The position numbers were made by a program, and so were the translations under genes. The notes beneath the pieces are model-generated. The model saw only the letters and a list, made by a program, of their open reading frames with translations. It did not search any database and was not told the DNA's origin. DNA of 63,366 bases, counting the filler, from Rhabdomonas costata (taxonomy: Eukaryota): NCBI GenBank assembly GCA_019059605.1. It is 51 parts of 51 records of this genome, joined end to end, with 100 filler letters (N's around TTAATTAATTAA, not from the genome) between each part and the next. Parts side by side here need not be neighbours in the genome. Positions count along the whole stretch, not along the records: positions 37,344 to 38,487 come from JAHMHO010026434.1; positions 38,588 to 39,731 come from JAHMHO010026435.1; positions 39,832 to 40,975 come from JAHMHO010026436.1; positions 41,076 to 42,219 come from JAHMHO010026437.1; positions 42,320 to 43,463 come from JAHMHO010026438.1; positions 43,564 to 44,707 come from JAHMHO010026439.1; positions 44,808 to 45,951 come from JAHMHO010026440.1; positions 46,052 to 47,195 come from JAHMHO010026441.1; 43 more parts are not named here. One strand, written 5' to 3'. The number at the start of each line of letters is the position of its first letter. Position 1 is the first letter of the stretch. Of this stretch, positions 38,062 through 50,074 are shown one piece after another.

Positions 38062-38949
38062 CTGCGAAGCAGCAATACCGCAGAGAGGAAAATGCTGGGG
38101 AGAGAGGTGCTGTCTGAACATTCAGAACCACAAACCGACATGTCAAACGCCAGCACTCGCTGGACATAATCAGCTTCGACTCAGTTCCAAATGCTTCGTC
38201 TCCTCGAGGGAACAACGCAATCGAAAAAGTAGGCGGGAGAGAGCAGGGAATGATGTGAATGCAGAGGGCAACCCAGTAGTCACATCGATAATTCTCAGCC
38301 CACCAGCACAATACCCTGTCCAGAGAAACTGCTGCACCTTTGAAGTGCATAGTTTCTGTTTTGGGAGTCCTGTGAAAACTGGAAAACTGGACTTCGCGGG
38401 CTAGAGAAGACTAGCATAGAGGTCAACGAGCCAGCGCCAGCACATTAGAAAGGCAAGGAAAGGAAAATGGCCACTTCAACCACAAACNNNNNNNNNNNNN
38501 NNNNNNNNNNNNNNNNNNNNNNNNNNNNNNNTTAATTAATTAANNNNNNNNNNNNNNNNNNNNNNNNNNNNNNNNNNNNNNNNNNNNGTTTGGTCCTTTT
38601 TGAAAACATCGTCCTTTCTGAACCCGCTTCTGGTTTGTCTTCAGATTCTTTCTATCGGCTACTTCTCGACAATGACCTCGGTGGCCATTGAGAAACTCCT
38701 GACGTTTGACCTGACTGACTGGACCTCTCCTCACGAACCTCTAACTCTGTGGGGTCAACTTCCGATTCTCTTGGAAGTAACTCTCTGCCTTCCGCAGCTC
38801 CTGTGTCCACTCGTGGAAACTCTTCCTCTTCCGCTAGCACGGGTCATCCTGGGGATGGCTCATCGCCACCTCCTTCACTCCACCACTGTCATTCTCTTTC
38901 GGATGAATCCCAACTGGATACAACACTCTAGTTTCGTAGGGAATCAAGT

Positions 38950-39731
38950 CACTTGCATGGAAAACCGGATGAGCTCTTCCTTTCTTTTGGAATGTCCAGC
39001 ACAAATGTGTTTTTTGTGATCAACTTGACAATGGGAAAGACTCCAAACTTCCCCTGATAATGCCTGCTTTGACTAATTGTAACATCTTGTCCCACAAAGA
39101 ACTGGTAGTTCGCTCTCTTCCGACTGGAATACTGCTTGGACCTCTCCTGTTCTTTTCGAAACGCTTCTTGAACTGCCTTCTAACTTCCTTCTACGAATGG
39201 TAACACGCACTGCCTCGGTCTTAGATCTTCAAGCTGGCTCCTCAGTCTCTGGCAAGTCCCACCAAAAGACTAGATGGTAGCCACAGTTTAAGTAGAAATG
39301 TATATACTCTGTGTTTGCTATTGGTGCGCTGTTGATTGCTATCTCTGCACTAACGAGTCTGGCCACTTCGCATCTGGCCTTGTCAACAACAACGTCCGCA
39401 ACACCTGCTTTAAGTTCTGGTTCGTCCTCTCTGCGTGTCCGTTGGTCTGTGGGTGATACGTCGACGATATCCTGAGCTGAAAGTCTAGAAACTTCATCAG
39501 CTCTTTCCAAAACAACGAGATGAACACCGAGTCCCGATCACTCACAATGGACCTTGGCAATCCGCGATAACGCACCAACTCCCACCAAAACAACTCTGCA
39601 ATCTGCGCTGCGTTCATGGTACTGTGACACTGAACCAACACCACCATTTTTGTCGCCAGGTCCGTCACCGTCAGCACATCGTCCACATCTTTCTCTGCCA
39701 TAACTGTGCTCTCTGGTAACGACACACCACC
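38950..39731 (-). mobile_element. Degenerate Ty3/gypsy integrase core
   Basis: VTDLATKMV...GLPRSIVSDRDSVFISLFWKEL...SSTYHPQTNGHAERTNQ (DDE); frameshift near 39345 into AEIAINS, then further stops. Confidence 0.92.
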
Positions 39732-42488
39732 NNNNNNNNNNNNNNNNNNNNNNNNNNNNNNNNNNNNNNNNNNNNTTAATTAATTAANNNNNNNNNNNNN
39801 NNNNNNNNNNNNNNNNNNNNNNNNNNNNNNNGTGGTGGTTTGGTAGCCTGACGAAGCTTTGCTGTTGTTCTGCTTTTCGTGGGTGGTGTGGTAGCCGTCT
39901 CAGAAAAAGGAAGCCTGTCTCTCGACCCTTCTCACTCTTGTGTGGTCGCACCGCCTCTCTATTTGCGGGCTGTGAAGCAAAGTTTAGAAAGCGCTGGTGC
40001 TCGCAACCTCTGGCGAATGTGATGTGACATCTCGTGTGCCTCTCCCGCGAAGCCGTGCATACCTCACCAGAAGAAGCATCACTGAAAAAAGCAATTTAAA
40101 CCCTAAACCCTAGGATGAATGGACAGGAAACTGACGCTGTTCAGCAATTGAGTCATGCTCTGCTATTCTTACGCTGATGCTGTCTCTATTGCTCTGTTTC
40201 GTTCTCGTCTCGCAAGCTCATTGGAGTGAGAGGTCAGAAAAACCACCACATGACAAGGGCATCCTGAATTCAATGCAGCCACTTGTTTAACCCACCAATG
40301 GTTTCATGAAGGCGGGTGAAAGTATGCCAGATGTGATATGTGGTAATTATGCGGCTCCTACCTGTCTGAATGCCTTGGACAGTCGGTCACCCTTTCTGAA
40401 CCAAAACAAGCGCCCCTAGAAAGACGGAACCCATGCAACCTGTCGGGACATGTTCGTTGCATTGCTAAGGTTGGTTGGTCTCATTGCCATGATTTCCTAT
40501 TGTCTATCTTAGGGTGGAGTATCCCGTCCGCCGCTGACCTTTACCCAGGACGGAGGTACACTGCAGTACCCCGCCGCCCCACCCGCTGGGGAGCCTCCCA
40601 CGATCATAGCGACGGTGCAGACAGCCTCCGTACCTGCTGCGGTGTGCCAGAGATAAAAGAGAGCTTCGGTTTTTTCCTTTTTTGTGTGCCGTCATCGCGT
40701 GACACTTCCGACTTTGGACGAGTGTCATTTTCGGCCGGTAAACTGCATGTATTCGTTATTTGACACCCGAGAACAGGAACGCTGTTTCTGAGCCATCAGG
40801 GGTCTCCGTATCGATTTGTCCCTTTCCTTTCCTTTCCGCTCCGCTGGGGAATGGGTTTGGGGTCGCTTGGGTGTGCAGGTGTACCAGTTCTACTCTGGGG
40901 AGCTTCTGCTTCTGAACAGCTCCGGCCAGCAGGGATTTCTTGTGCCCACAGTGTGAAACTGGTACACACACACACNNNNNNNNNNNNNNNNNNNNNNNNN
41001 NNNNNNNNNNNNNNNNNNNTTAATTAATTAANNNNNNNNNNNNNNNNNNNNNNNNNNNNNNNNNNNNNNNNNNNNGGGTGTGGGGTAGCATCAAAGTGCC
41101 AATCATGCGGACGTCGTCTGTGATCTTTGTGCTCTGCAATCCGAGCAGAACACTTTGGTTCGAAGCTCAGCTTCCTCTCACAAGTTCAAGTTCAGTCACG
41201 AAGACCGCATGATTGGCACTTTGATGCTACCTCCACACCGCTGGCCCATTTCCATCGATCCCCAGCGCTCGAATTCGCCAATTATCACTCCTCAGAAGGA
41301 AACCAGCATTTAGGAAAGGGAGCCTGCTGTTACTCATTTCCCCCAAACCGCAGCGTTCTTTGGCGTTCTGCGTGAGATTTTTGCTCTAACTTCAGGCGTG
41401 GCCCAGGTTCGTTCCGGGGGATGTTCTGGGACGAGCTCTTCCGCCTCACTCCGGAGGAGCTCGAGGCAGAGGCCCGGATCGTGGTCCCATCACGGGGATG
41501 AGCGCTGCCTTCGCTACTTGCTTGTCTTCCTAGATATATCGGGTTGGGTTGGCTTTCGCGCGTTTTCCTGCTGTCCCATATTATGAATACGCTGGTGCTT
41601 CGTGGCACCAAGTGGAATTGCCACCACTCGAGCTGCAACGTTGTAGCTGTATTTTCGCCTGTATTTTCCTTTGTTGGGTGGGGTAAAGTTGAAGGGTGCG
41701 CTGCTGGGTCAAATTTTTCTTTCAAGGAGACTGCGAACCGATCGTAAAGCTGATGCTATTATATTATATGAATAGCATCTTTCTTTTGCCTTTCTGCCGC
41801 AGGTACTTTTTGTTTCCGACCACGTGTAGAACTTGCTTTCCCTCCCCCCTTTCAGCACGTTATTATGCCTGAGGTCCTTAAGCAACATGCTATGCTAGTC
41901 AGTAAAAACTGCGTATACTGCTGCTTCTGTTACTGTCGGCCAAGGTAATTATATCCGGTTTCATATAGCCCTGTGCAAATAGCCCTGCATTCAGCTGTGA
42001 AATATCCCTCCCCCATTTCTCTGAGTTTGGGCAGCCGCGTCGTGAGAGAAATTGGCCGCATTTATAATTCTGTGAGCAGTGGTGACAGATGTTTGCTACG
42101 AGCACAGTGACCTTCTGCCGGACCTTTTTTGTGTAAGGTGTATGTCTTCCACTTTTTCGAGTTCCCGTTCCTTTTTCAGCAGAGCATTCTTTTGGCGTTT
42201 TCTCACTGCTGGGTTTGTTNNNNNNNNNNNNNNNNNNNNNNNNNNNNNNNNNNNNNNNNNNNNTTAATTAATTAANNNNNNNNNNNNNNNNNNNNNNNNN
42301 NNNNNNNNNNNNNNNNNNNGGTGGGTGTTGGGAGGTGCGTTTCCACTTCCTGGCCCGTACTTGAAATTGGATTTATGGTGCCCTCGTTACTTCATGCATT
42401 TTAGGAGTATCTTTGGAACCTTCCTCATCGTGTTTGCGTGTGTGTGCGTGTGGGTGTGTGGATTTTGGGTGAAGGCAAAGGCTAGCAG

Positions 42489-43063
42489 TGTTCTGGGGAC
42501 CTCGGCGGTGTTCTTCGTGTCTTGTCCGTGGGCGGGGGCGGGAGTGGGCTACGCCCGCGATGACTTGGTCGCGCTGCTCACCCGCTGGCCCCGCCCCAGA
42601 GCCAACGCCCTGGTCTGCGTGGAGCCTGCCCCCACCCCTGGGGAGCTGCTGCAGGGCCTTCCTGTCACCGGAGTGCAGGTGTGCGCGTGTGTGGGTGGGT
42701 GTGGCGTGCAACAGCGTCTCTCTCTCTGTCCGCTACTGCGGTGGTGCATCCCTGAGAGCTCAAAGCTCGCACGGAGGTTTCCCGCTGACTGGTGGGCATA
42801 ATCCAGTTTTTCGTCGTTGCGAAGGGAAAAGGAGCACAACGGCTGAGCAGGCAGGCTTATTTAATCCGCTAGCAGATGATATACTTCAACATGATGGAAA
42901 GTTTGGGTATGACGAGCCTGCTCTGCTTCTGGGGCGGGGGCAGACCTTCCACTTCCCGGTGGACCTCCGGTTGACCCTCCCCCAGGCCGCGAAGCTCGCC
43001 CGCGAGCTCCGTCCCACGGTGGTGTTGTGCCACGCCGTGATAAGTCCCGCGCTGGAGGCCGAG
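42489..43063 (+). CDS. INTS9: Integrator subunit 9-like beta-CASP protein (exons about 42489-42678 and 42944-43063)
   Basis: VFFVSCP..G....LVALLTRW....NALVCVEP ... VQ|TFHFPVDLRLTLPQAAKLARELRPTVVLC parallels INTS9 VVF..HP....G..V.....W....N.VI..EP ... CPID.RL...Q...L.....P..VV; the phases agree. Confidence 0.7.
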
Positions 43064-43748
43064 GTGCGTGGGCCACAGCTCTGGCCTGCCCCCCACCCCT
43101 TCCTCTTTCTCTTTATCTGGGGGGCGTCCTCATGTGGCCTTTTTTAATTCTGCCCAATGGCGGGCAAGACTATTTTGTTACTTCCCCCCTTTCACCACCA
43201 AAGCCCTCAGTTTATCCAACACCTCATGGCGCCACTCCTCTTCCTCCCCTCTTCCCGCGTGAGTGGGAGCAGTGCCGTGCTCGCCCGTCCATCCATACTG
43301 CGTCATGGCCGTTCCCCTGAGTCCCTTCCGCCTCCTTTCTTTGCTTCCTCTTCTTCGCTTTCTCGCTCTGTGGTCTTGTTGCCCATCAGCTGGCCGGGAT
43401 GGCCGCTTCCCCGGGCGCCGGGTCTCGGGAGCTGATGGGCAACAAGACCACAGAACCACAAACNNNNNNNNNNNNNNNNNNNNNNNNNNNNNNNNNNNNN
43501 NNNNNNNTTAATTAATTAANNNNNNNNNNNNNNNNNNNNNNNNNNNNNNNNNNNNNNNNNNNNGGTGTGGTGTGGTGTGGCGTGGTGTGGTGTGATTTGG
43601 TGTAGTGTTCTCTCTTTCGGGTAATAAGTGGACGGTTGGCAGAACCCCACCCATTTTGCCAGAGGCGGAAGGGGGGGGGGCAGACTGCAATATTATTAGC
43701 TTTGACCGTCACCATCTTTTACTTGGAAAACTTGTTGGGGGGTTTCAG

Positions 43749-44653
43749 GCCTCCACCATGGAGCTTCGCAGGTTTACAATGCACAGCACTCGGAGTGCCT
43801 TCCTAAAACTGATCGAGCCCACGGAGGACCTGCTACTGTCTGAGTCCCGCCGTCTGAAAGGGAAGGGTGTGCTGCAGCTGCCCGGGGCCACGGTGGCGCA
43901 AAACTACAGCTACATTCTGGACATGCTTGGGCTGCACTTTTGGATGCTGGGCAGCAAGTACCTTACCATGAATTCGTACTCCCTGCAGTCTTACCGCTCC
44001 GTAAGGTGTGTAAGAGGACGGTCTCCAACCGGTTGGAATGTCTATTTCGCGGAAATGCTCATGCTCATGCTGATGCGTATGGATTCGTATGGATACCCAT
44101 CTCATGCTTATTTTCATTTGGCAAGGAATTGCAGGCCTAATAGTCAAAGTTCTGGTGTGAATGAGGGCCGGCGATGAGCTCCTGATTCAACTTGGTTGCC
44201 TTTGTGTCGACTTTCTGGTGGTCTAGTTATCATCAAAGGAAAATGGCCATGGAGATGCGGGCACATCCTCTGCGCTGCTGCCTCGTGCTCATACGGAGAA
44301 CCATAACCCTGATACCCTCATTCACGGGCGGACGACTGTTACTAGGAAATGAATCTCTTTTCTTTCCGTCGTTCCACAGTTATCCAGTGGCGGTTGCAAG
44401 TAATCTGGCGATGTGGACCAGTTGGACCCGCCTCAACCTGGGCTACTTTCAGAGCACCAGCAGCCCCAATATTTTCGTTGCGGAGAGCCTGCCCAACGAG
44501 TTCCTTAACGCCAGCATTCTCCAGTACTACGTGGTGGACCAGAGTACGGGGCAAAGGCTCTTATCCGTTTTCCAGCGGCCCACTTCTATGAATGCTTTTT
44601 TGCCCACCGTGGACGTGACTCGCCCGGAGTTCTTCTCGTGGACAAACGAATTG
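43749..44653 (+). CDS. Two exons (43749-44005 and 44380-44653) of an unknown, possibly extracellular receptor domain
   Basis: Long GC3-rich frames with AG/GT boundaries joined in phase 2; several N-x-S/T sequons. Confidence 0.6.
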
Positions 44654-44838
44654 GTGTGCTGCGACTTGTGAGGCATTTGTCATTGTTATTCCGTAAGTCC
44701 AACACCCNNNNNNNNNNNNNNNNNNNNNNNNNNNNNNNNNNNNNNNNNNNNTTAATTAATTAANNNNNNNNNNNNNNNNNNNNNNNNNNNNNNNNNNNNN
44801 NNNNNNNGGTTTTGGTGGACGCTGCGGAACACTCACAG

Positions 44839-44968
44839 GCGTGAGTTCTGGAGCACCAAAGACGGGGTGGTGGAGCAGCACGGGGTGAGCGGGTTGGGGG
44901 CACGCTTCAGCCGGAGCTCCGCGGTGAGCGTGCCGAACCCAAAGTCGATGTGGTGTTGCACGAGGTCC
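44839..44968 (-). CDS. Probable internal exon of an unknown protein
   Basis: EDLVQHHIDFGFGTLTAELRLKRAPNP... ending near a strong gtgagt donor; boundaries approximate. Confidence 0.4.
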
Positions 44969-47652
44969 TCTGATGGAATCTCAGAGAGGTCGATAGACTG
45001 CATGGAAATGGATTCGGAAAATCTACCTCAATGTACGAGAGCAGGACAATCGGGGTGCCATCACCAAACATAATTCGGCAAAGCACATATACACAAGCCA
45101 ACTAATTCACCTAGTTCAACCAACAAGCCATAGTAGCAATAATAGTGCAGAGATGTTGAAGTGCAGGCTTCCCATGCTTCGACGGCTCACATGTACCTTT
45201 GTCAGGCGAATCGAATCGAACGCCCTCTCGAAATACAGATGTGTAGGGATCCTCGTATAACCTACCCCAACCAGACCATGCAGAGGGGCCTAAGAGGCGT
45301 CTGGCGTCAACCAACACAGCAGTCCGCTTTGGCTGCGCGGCGGACTGGTCACCACTTGTACAACAAACGCAAGTGCCTGACGCTCTTCACTCTTCGCGGC
45401 GTGCGTGTGTGGAAAATAGAAAAACAATCACACATTTCAGAAGCACAAATCTGTGCTAATGATAAACTTCGACAACCTAAAGATTCAATTGTTGCCGAAA
45501 ACGAAAGGAAGACAAATTACATCATGCTAATTTAGCACAGAAAATGCTTTCGCGCAGGCAGGTATTGCCAAAAAGTACCATGAAGGAGAGCGTGGTTGTT
45601 CTTCCGAACATGCCCACAGCCTGCAGCTCAAGTACTACGAAGGATCATAAGCAAGCCAATTATTAGCCATGTTTGATTCCAGGATACCGGGTGTCCACGA
45701 GTATTTTACCCAATATGAATTTGCTCTAAAACATATAACCGTAGAGTAAATCCTTTGAGGGTGGCAATTGGTGCGAAGTGAAGACCTGTGAGATTTTTAA
45801 CATGACAGACCCAGCTGCACTTATTCGTTTCTTCTCCCCTTGTGTTCTTGCTGCAAAAAACACCCCCTCGCTCCTCCTCAAAAAATGACCCAAACACGAT
45901 GGCTTGGAGTACGCCACACGCACGTAAGACCCTTTTCAGTATGAAACGGTTNNNNNNNNNNNNNNNNNNNNNNNNNNNNNNNNNNNNNNNNNNNNTTAAT
46001 TAATTAANNNNNNNNNNNNNNNNNNNNNNNNNNNNNNNNNNNNNNNNNNNNCGAGTCAGCCCCACCAAGGGGGATGGTGGGGCTGTGAGGAGTGCGACGT
46101 GGCGGACTGAACACTCCTCGGGAAGCGGTACTAGATGCAGTGAAGTACTGGCTCCAAACCAGTCAGCGCTGCAGGCGCAGACCTTCTTTTGCGATCTTCA
46201 AGGATGGAAAGGCGGGCGACCATCGCGGGCGCCCGTCCTCTATCCACTACTGGGAGATCACGGCTGTGCAGTTGCTTGGGGAATGCCCGTGGGATCTGAC
46301 GCACGATGACCTCTTTGAGGCGCAGGCTGATGCAGGTGCGAAGGTGCTGCGACAGCGGAAGGGCCTAATTCTCCGCTGCTCACGTGGAACTAGTTGCGAT
46401 GGGATGCCTGCCGAAGGAGCTGCGAGCAGTTCTGCGACCCGGCCTCCAGCAAAGGCGGGTAAACTGAGTAGATGCTCCCGCCTTGGACGGTGACTGTGAG
46501 CAGTAGTAGGGGCTTGTAAGGCGGTTGGGCGGGGAATGGGTGACCTGTGTCTTGTACCGTTCTTGCGAGTGAACCGGAGCCAGAAACCCGCCGCACGTGA
46601 CGCTTTGCTACAATGTCATGTGCAGGTTTTGCTTCGCTCTTTGTTTCGGGTGAGACGAAAGAGCAACCACTACAGAAAAAAAGAAGCTCTATGCTCAAAA
46701 GGACAGAGAGCAAAAAAGAACAACACTTAACTCAACAAAAAAGGAAAAGGCTTCAGCCGAAAGGCATCACAGCATTCGGTTTCAGACGCAACGAAAGCAT
46801 TTGGAGAAAGAGCAACCACCACAGAAAAGACAGGGGGGGGGGGACGTTGACACACTGGTTTGAGGAATGCCCGTCCGCAGATGTCTCAGAGGGCTCATAA
46901 CCCAAGGTGCCCTGGGCTGTCAGAGGAGTGGCAGGTGCAGACACACTCGGTTCTTCAGCAGAAGCGGGACCCCCCTCCCTGTTCATGTGCACTGGGGCCA
47001 GCACCAATGCAGAGGAGCCAGCATGACTGCTGTTGCTGCTGTTGCCGTTTGTAGTGGTGGAAAAGGCTCCATCCAAGAGGCCAGGAGGCCGAGGAAACCG
47101 GTCGCAGTCCCGCCGAGCTCCGAACATTTGTTGTTTTGGAGGCGTGCAGGTACCAGCAGAGAACCTCGGCAGCACTCTGCTAATCCACAACCACCNNNNN
47201 NNNNNNNNNNNNNNNNNNNNNNNNNNNNNNNNNNNNNNNTTAATTAATTAANNNNNNNNNNNNNNNNNNNNNNNNNNNNNNNNNNNNNNNNNNNNGTGTT
47301 GGTGTGTTTGGGTTTTGGGTGGAAGAGTGATTCAGAATTCAACGAACCAAATCCCCGTGCCAGAAGTGCGTTCGGCAAAAGCCCAACCCAAAAGAGTTCA
47401 AAGGGTTCTGAATGACGGCATAAGACACGCCTGCTGTCTTTGCTTCCTTGCGTTGGCCCTCCGGACCATTTTGTGGCTCCCCGCGGGCAAGCCACGTTGC
47501 TGCCTTGAACTAAAAATGGGTTCTCCCTTGAATGCGGTGGTGTTTCCTGCGACGGAACCAGCCGTTGTCCAGCACATCAGCACAACGCGCATGTTGTGGG
47601 GTGGCGCCTTACACAGACGCACGAAGACATACATACACACACTTGTGCTCAG

Positions 47653-47749
47653 CAAAGGGGAAGTGAAGCTCGGGGATCTGGGGGTGTGCTACAAGTGCAC
47701 CCGCAGTCCTTGTGAGACGCCTTCGGTCGGAGCCGAGCTGTACCAGAGC
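47653..47749 (+). CDS. Protein kinase exon (subdomains VII-VIII, DLG type)
   Basis: ctcag|KGEVKLGDLGVC...SVGAELYQS|gtatgc. Confidence 0.75.
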
Positions 47750-48959
47750 GTATGCGAAAAGGGGCGCGACATGTGGGAGTGCAATGGGTGGAAGGAGGGA
47801 AGGCCAAAGTGCCCAAGGGAGAGCAAGGCCTCCAACCTGCAGAGTGACTTCCTCTAAAAGTCCAACACTAGAAGGTGATCGCATTGTAAGGGACGTTTTT
47901 TTCTTCAAAGTTTTAGTGAAAACATGCCAAAAAAAAGAGAGCGGCTGTGAGGTTTAGGAAAAATGGTCCAGGCCCCAGTTGTACCTGCGATGACGGACAG
48001 CCATGTCGTGTATCCAGTGTAAATCCGTCCACAAGCCAACCGATCGTGGGGAGCTCTCTCTCTCTCTCTCTTTTTGGTGAGGATGGCGGGGTAGCTGTGT
48101 GTGTGTGCGTGTGTGTGTGTGTGTGTCCAGGGCGAGTGAATGGGAAATGGAATCGATTCTGCCTTGTGTACTGTGCGTGTATCTTTTTTCATGAGGGCGT
48201 AAGGGAGAAGGTAGGGATGGGAGGAAGGCACACCCTCCGCTGTGGTGGATACAGCCCCGGCCGCACCCTTCACAGGCTCCTTCTTCGCAGCGGAAAACCA
48301 TGGCTTGGCCTCCACCCCGTGACAGGCCAGGAGGATCGCTGTGGAGTGCAGGCAGTGCTGCAGCTCAAGCTCAAAGGCGGGCTGGAACGTATTCCAGTTG
48401 ATAGGGTCCAGCGCATCTGTGACGCCCCCACCCCACCCCNNNNNNNNNNNNNNNNNNNNNNNNNNNNNNNNNNNNNNNNNNNNTTAATTAATTAANNNNN
48501 NNNNNNNNNNNNNNNNNNNNNNNNNNNNNNNNNNNNNNNCAGCAGCTTTCGTTAAATTGCAAAAGAATTGGGATTGTCTTCGATCTTCGGGGGCCGGAAA
48601 GAAATACGATCATCTCCTCAAGGCTGGGGACGAATTAGTCCAGCAAAGCACGCAACACACTGGATCGCACTCTTCTTCACTTCACGGCACAGCCCTTTGC
48701 AAATTTGGTTTGTAATCGGGAATGAACACGAAGAGAGGGAGGAGAAACACGACGTGTACAAAAAAAACCATGCAACTCCACTTTTGGCTGATGATTATAT
48801 GAACAGATGTAGGGGCTTTTTGAGGGGGAGGGTGCTCAGAGGTGATATTTACGTTGTCGCTGCGCTGGCTCAACGTCCACACAGTCTTTCCAAAGCTGAG
48901 CGGCGCCAGGCCCCAGCAGTCGCCCTGCTTTGCAGGCGAATTCAGAGTCCTCTGGAGTA

Positions 48960-49170
48960 GCACCTGCACCAGGCAAGTGTCCAAATGAAAGCACGTTTGT
49001 GTGCATTTGCATGGACAATATAATCACAATAGCTTTCATAAACAACAAGTGTGGCATGGCACTCTCGTTCAGGCGGGGGGCGTGGAGTGATGAGCCGTCA
49101 CTGCAGCTTTGGTTCTGGTTGGCAGTGGTACTCAAAGTGCACACAACACTGGTTCGCACACCCTTTTTTG
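48960..49170 (+). mobile_element. Possible DIRS/Ngaro-type RNase H remnant
   Basis: VCICMDNIITIAFINNKCG...LWFWLA...LVRTP resembles V....DN......YIN..G ... LW ... H.P. Confidence 0.4.
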
Positions 49171-50024
49171 TTACTATCCACCAAAGGCAATTGAAGCCAA
49201 GCGCCTCATACACGCGCACGCACCAGCTTGTTGGGCATCCCAAATCTCGATCCCCCCCCTCCGCCCACCAGCAGAGTGGAGCTGCCCACCCAGTGCACGC
49301 CGTACAGCGGAAATCGGAACTGCCATTGCGTGACTCCTCCCCAGAGCCGCCTCCACTCAATAGTCTCCTGTCGAAACGAAAGTCGAGAAAACGACCAAAG
49401 CGAAGAGACGACCACTTGGGGTTGCAGAAAAAAGTGCACGTAAGTCTGGAATGTCCACAGCAACAAGCAAAAGAATGCGGATACAAAAAAAGCAATCTGG
49501 TCCCGCATGGGCCAGCAGAACACTGAAAGCAATGCTACCCCTCGAATTTGAGGTGGTCTGGGCGACAAAAACAGCAGATCAGAACAAGCGAAGGAGCTTC
49601 TCCCTAAGCTGCAAAACAAGAGCCATCAAGGCGACAATGAATGAACGGAGCAATACACCAAACCCCACCCACACCCACCACANNNNNNNNNNNNNNNNNN
49701 NNNNNNNNNNNNNNNNNNNNNNNNNNTTAATTAATTAANNNNNNNNNNNNNNNNNNNNNNNNNNNNNNNNNNNNNNNNNNNNGGGTTTGGGTGGTGTGTT
49801 TGGTTGTTTGGGTGGAGTGCGTTCGTTGGTTGGGCTCAGGTTGGTTGTTGGCACCACGTCGAGAAGGTGGGTTAGTCCAACAACAGCAAGGGTTCTGTCA
49901 GCGCTTCGGGCCATTCCTATTTGCCGTGGTGGTTCCTAAATGCTCACCGAACATTTTTTGACACCCTCCGCTGCTGGACCTTGCGCATATCACACCTTGA
50001 CACCCTGTCTCACCGTTTCTAGGC

Positions 50025-50074
50025 AGGGCACATCAACGTGGCAACATCAACGTAGGTGGCAACATCAACGTAGG
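50025..50074 (+). repeat. Short tandem repeat of GGCAACATCAACGT(AGGT), about 3 copies
   Basis: Directly visible. Confidence 0.8.

Noticed and set aside
40098-40112. AAACCCTAAACCCTA telomere-like motif (similar near 62974)
   Set aside because: Only two units and internal; not evidence of a telomere.
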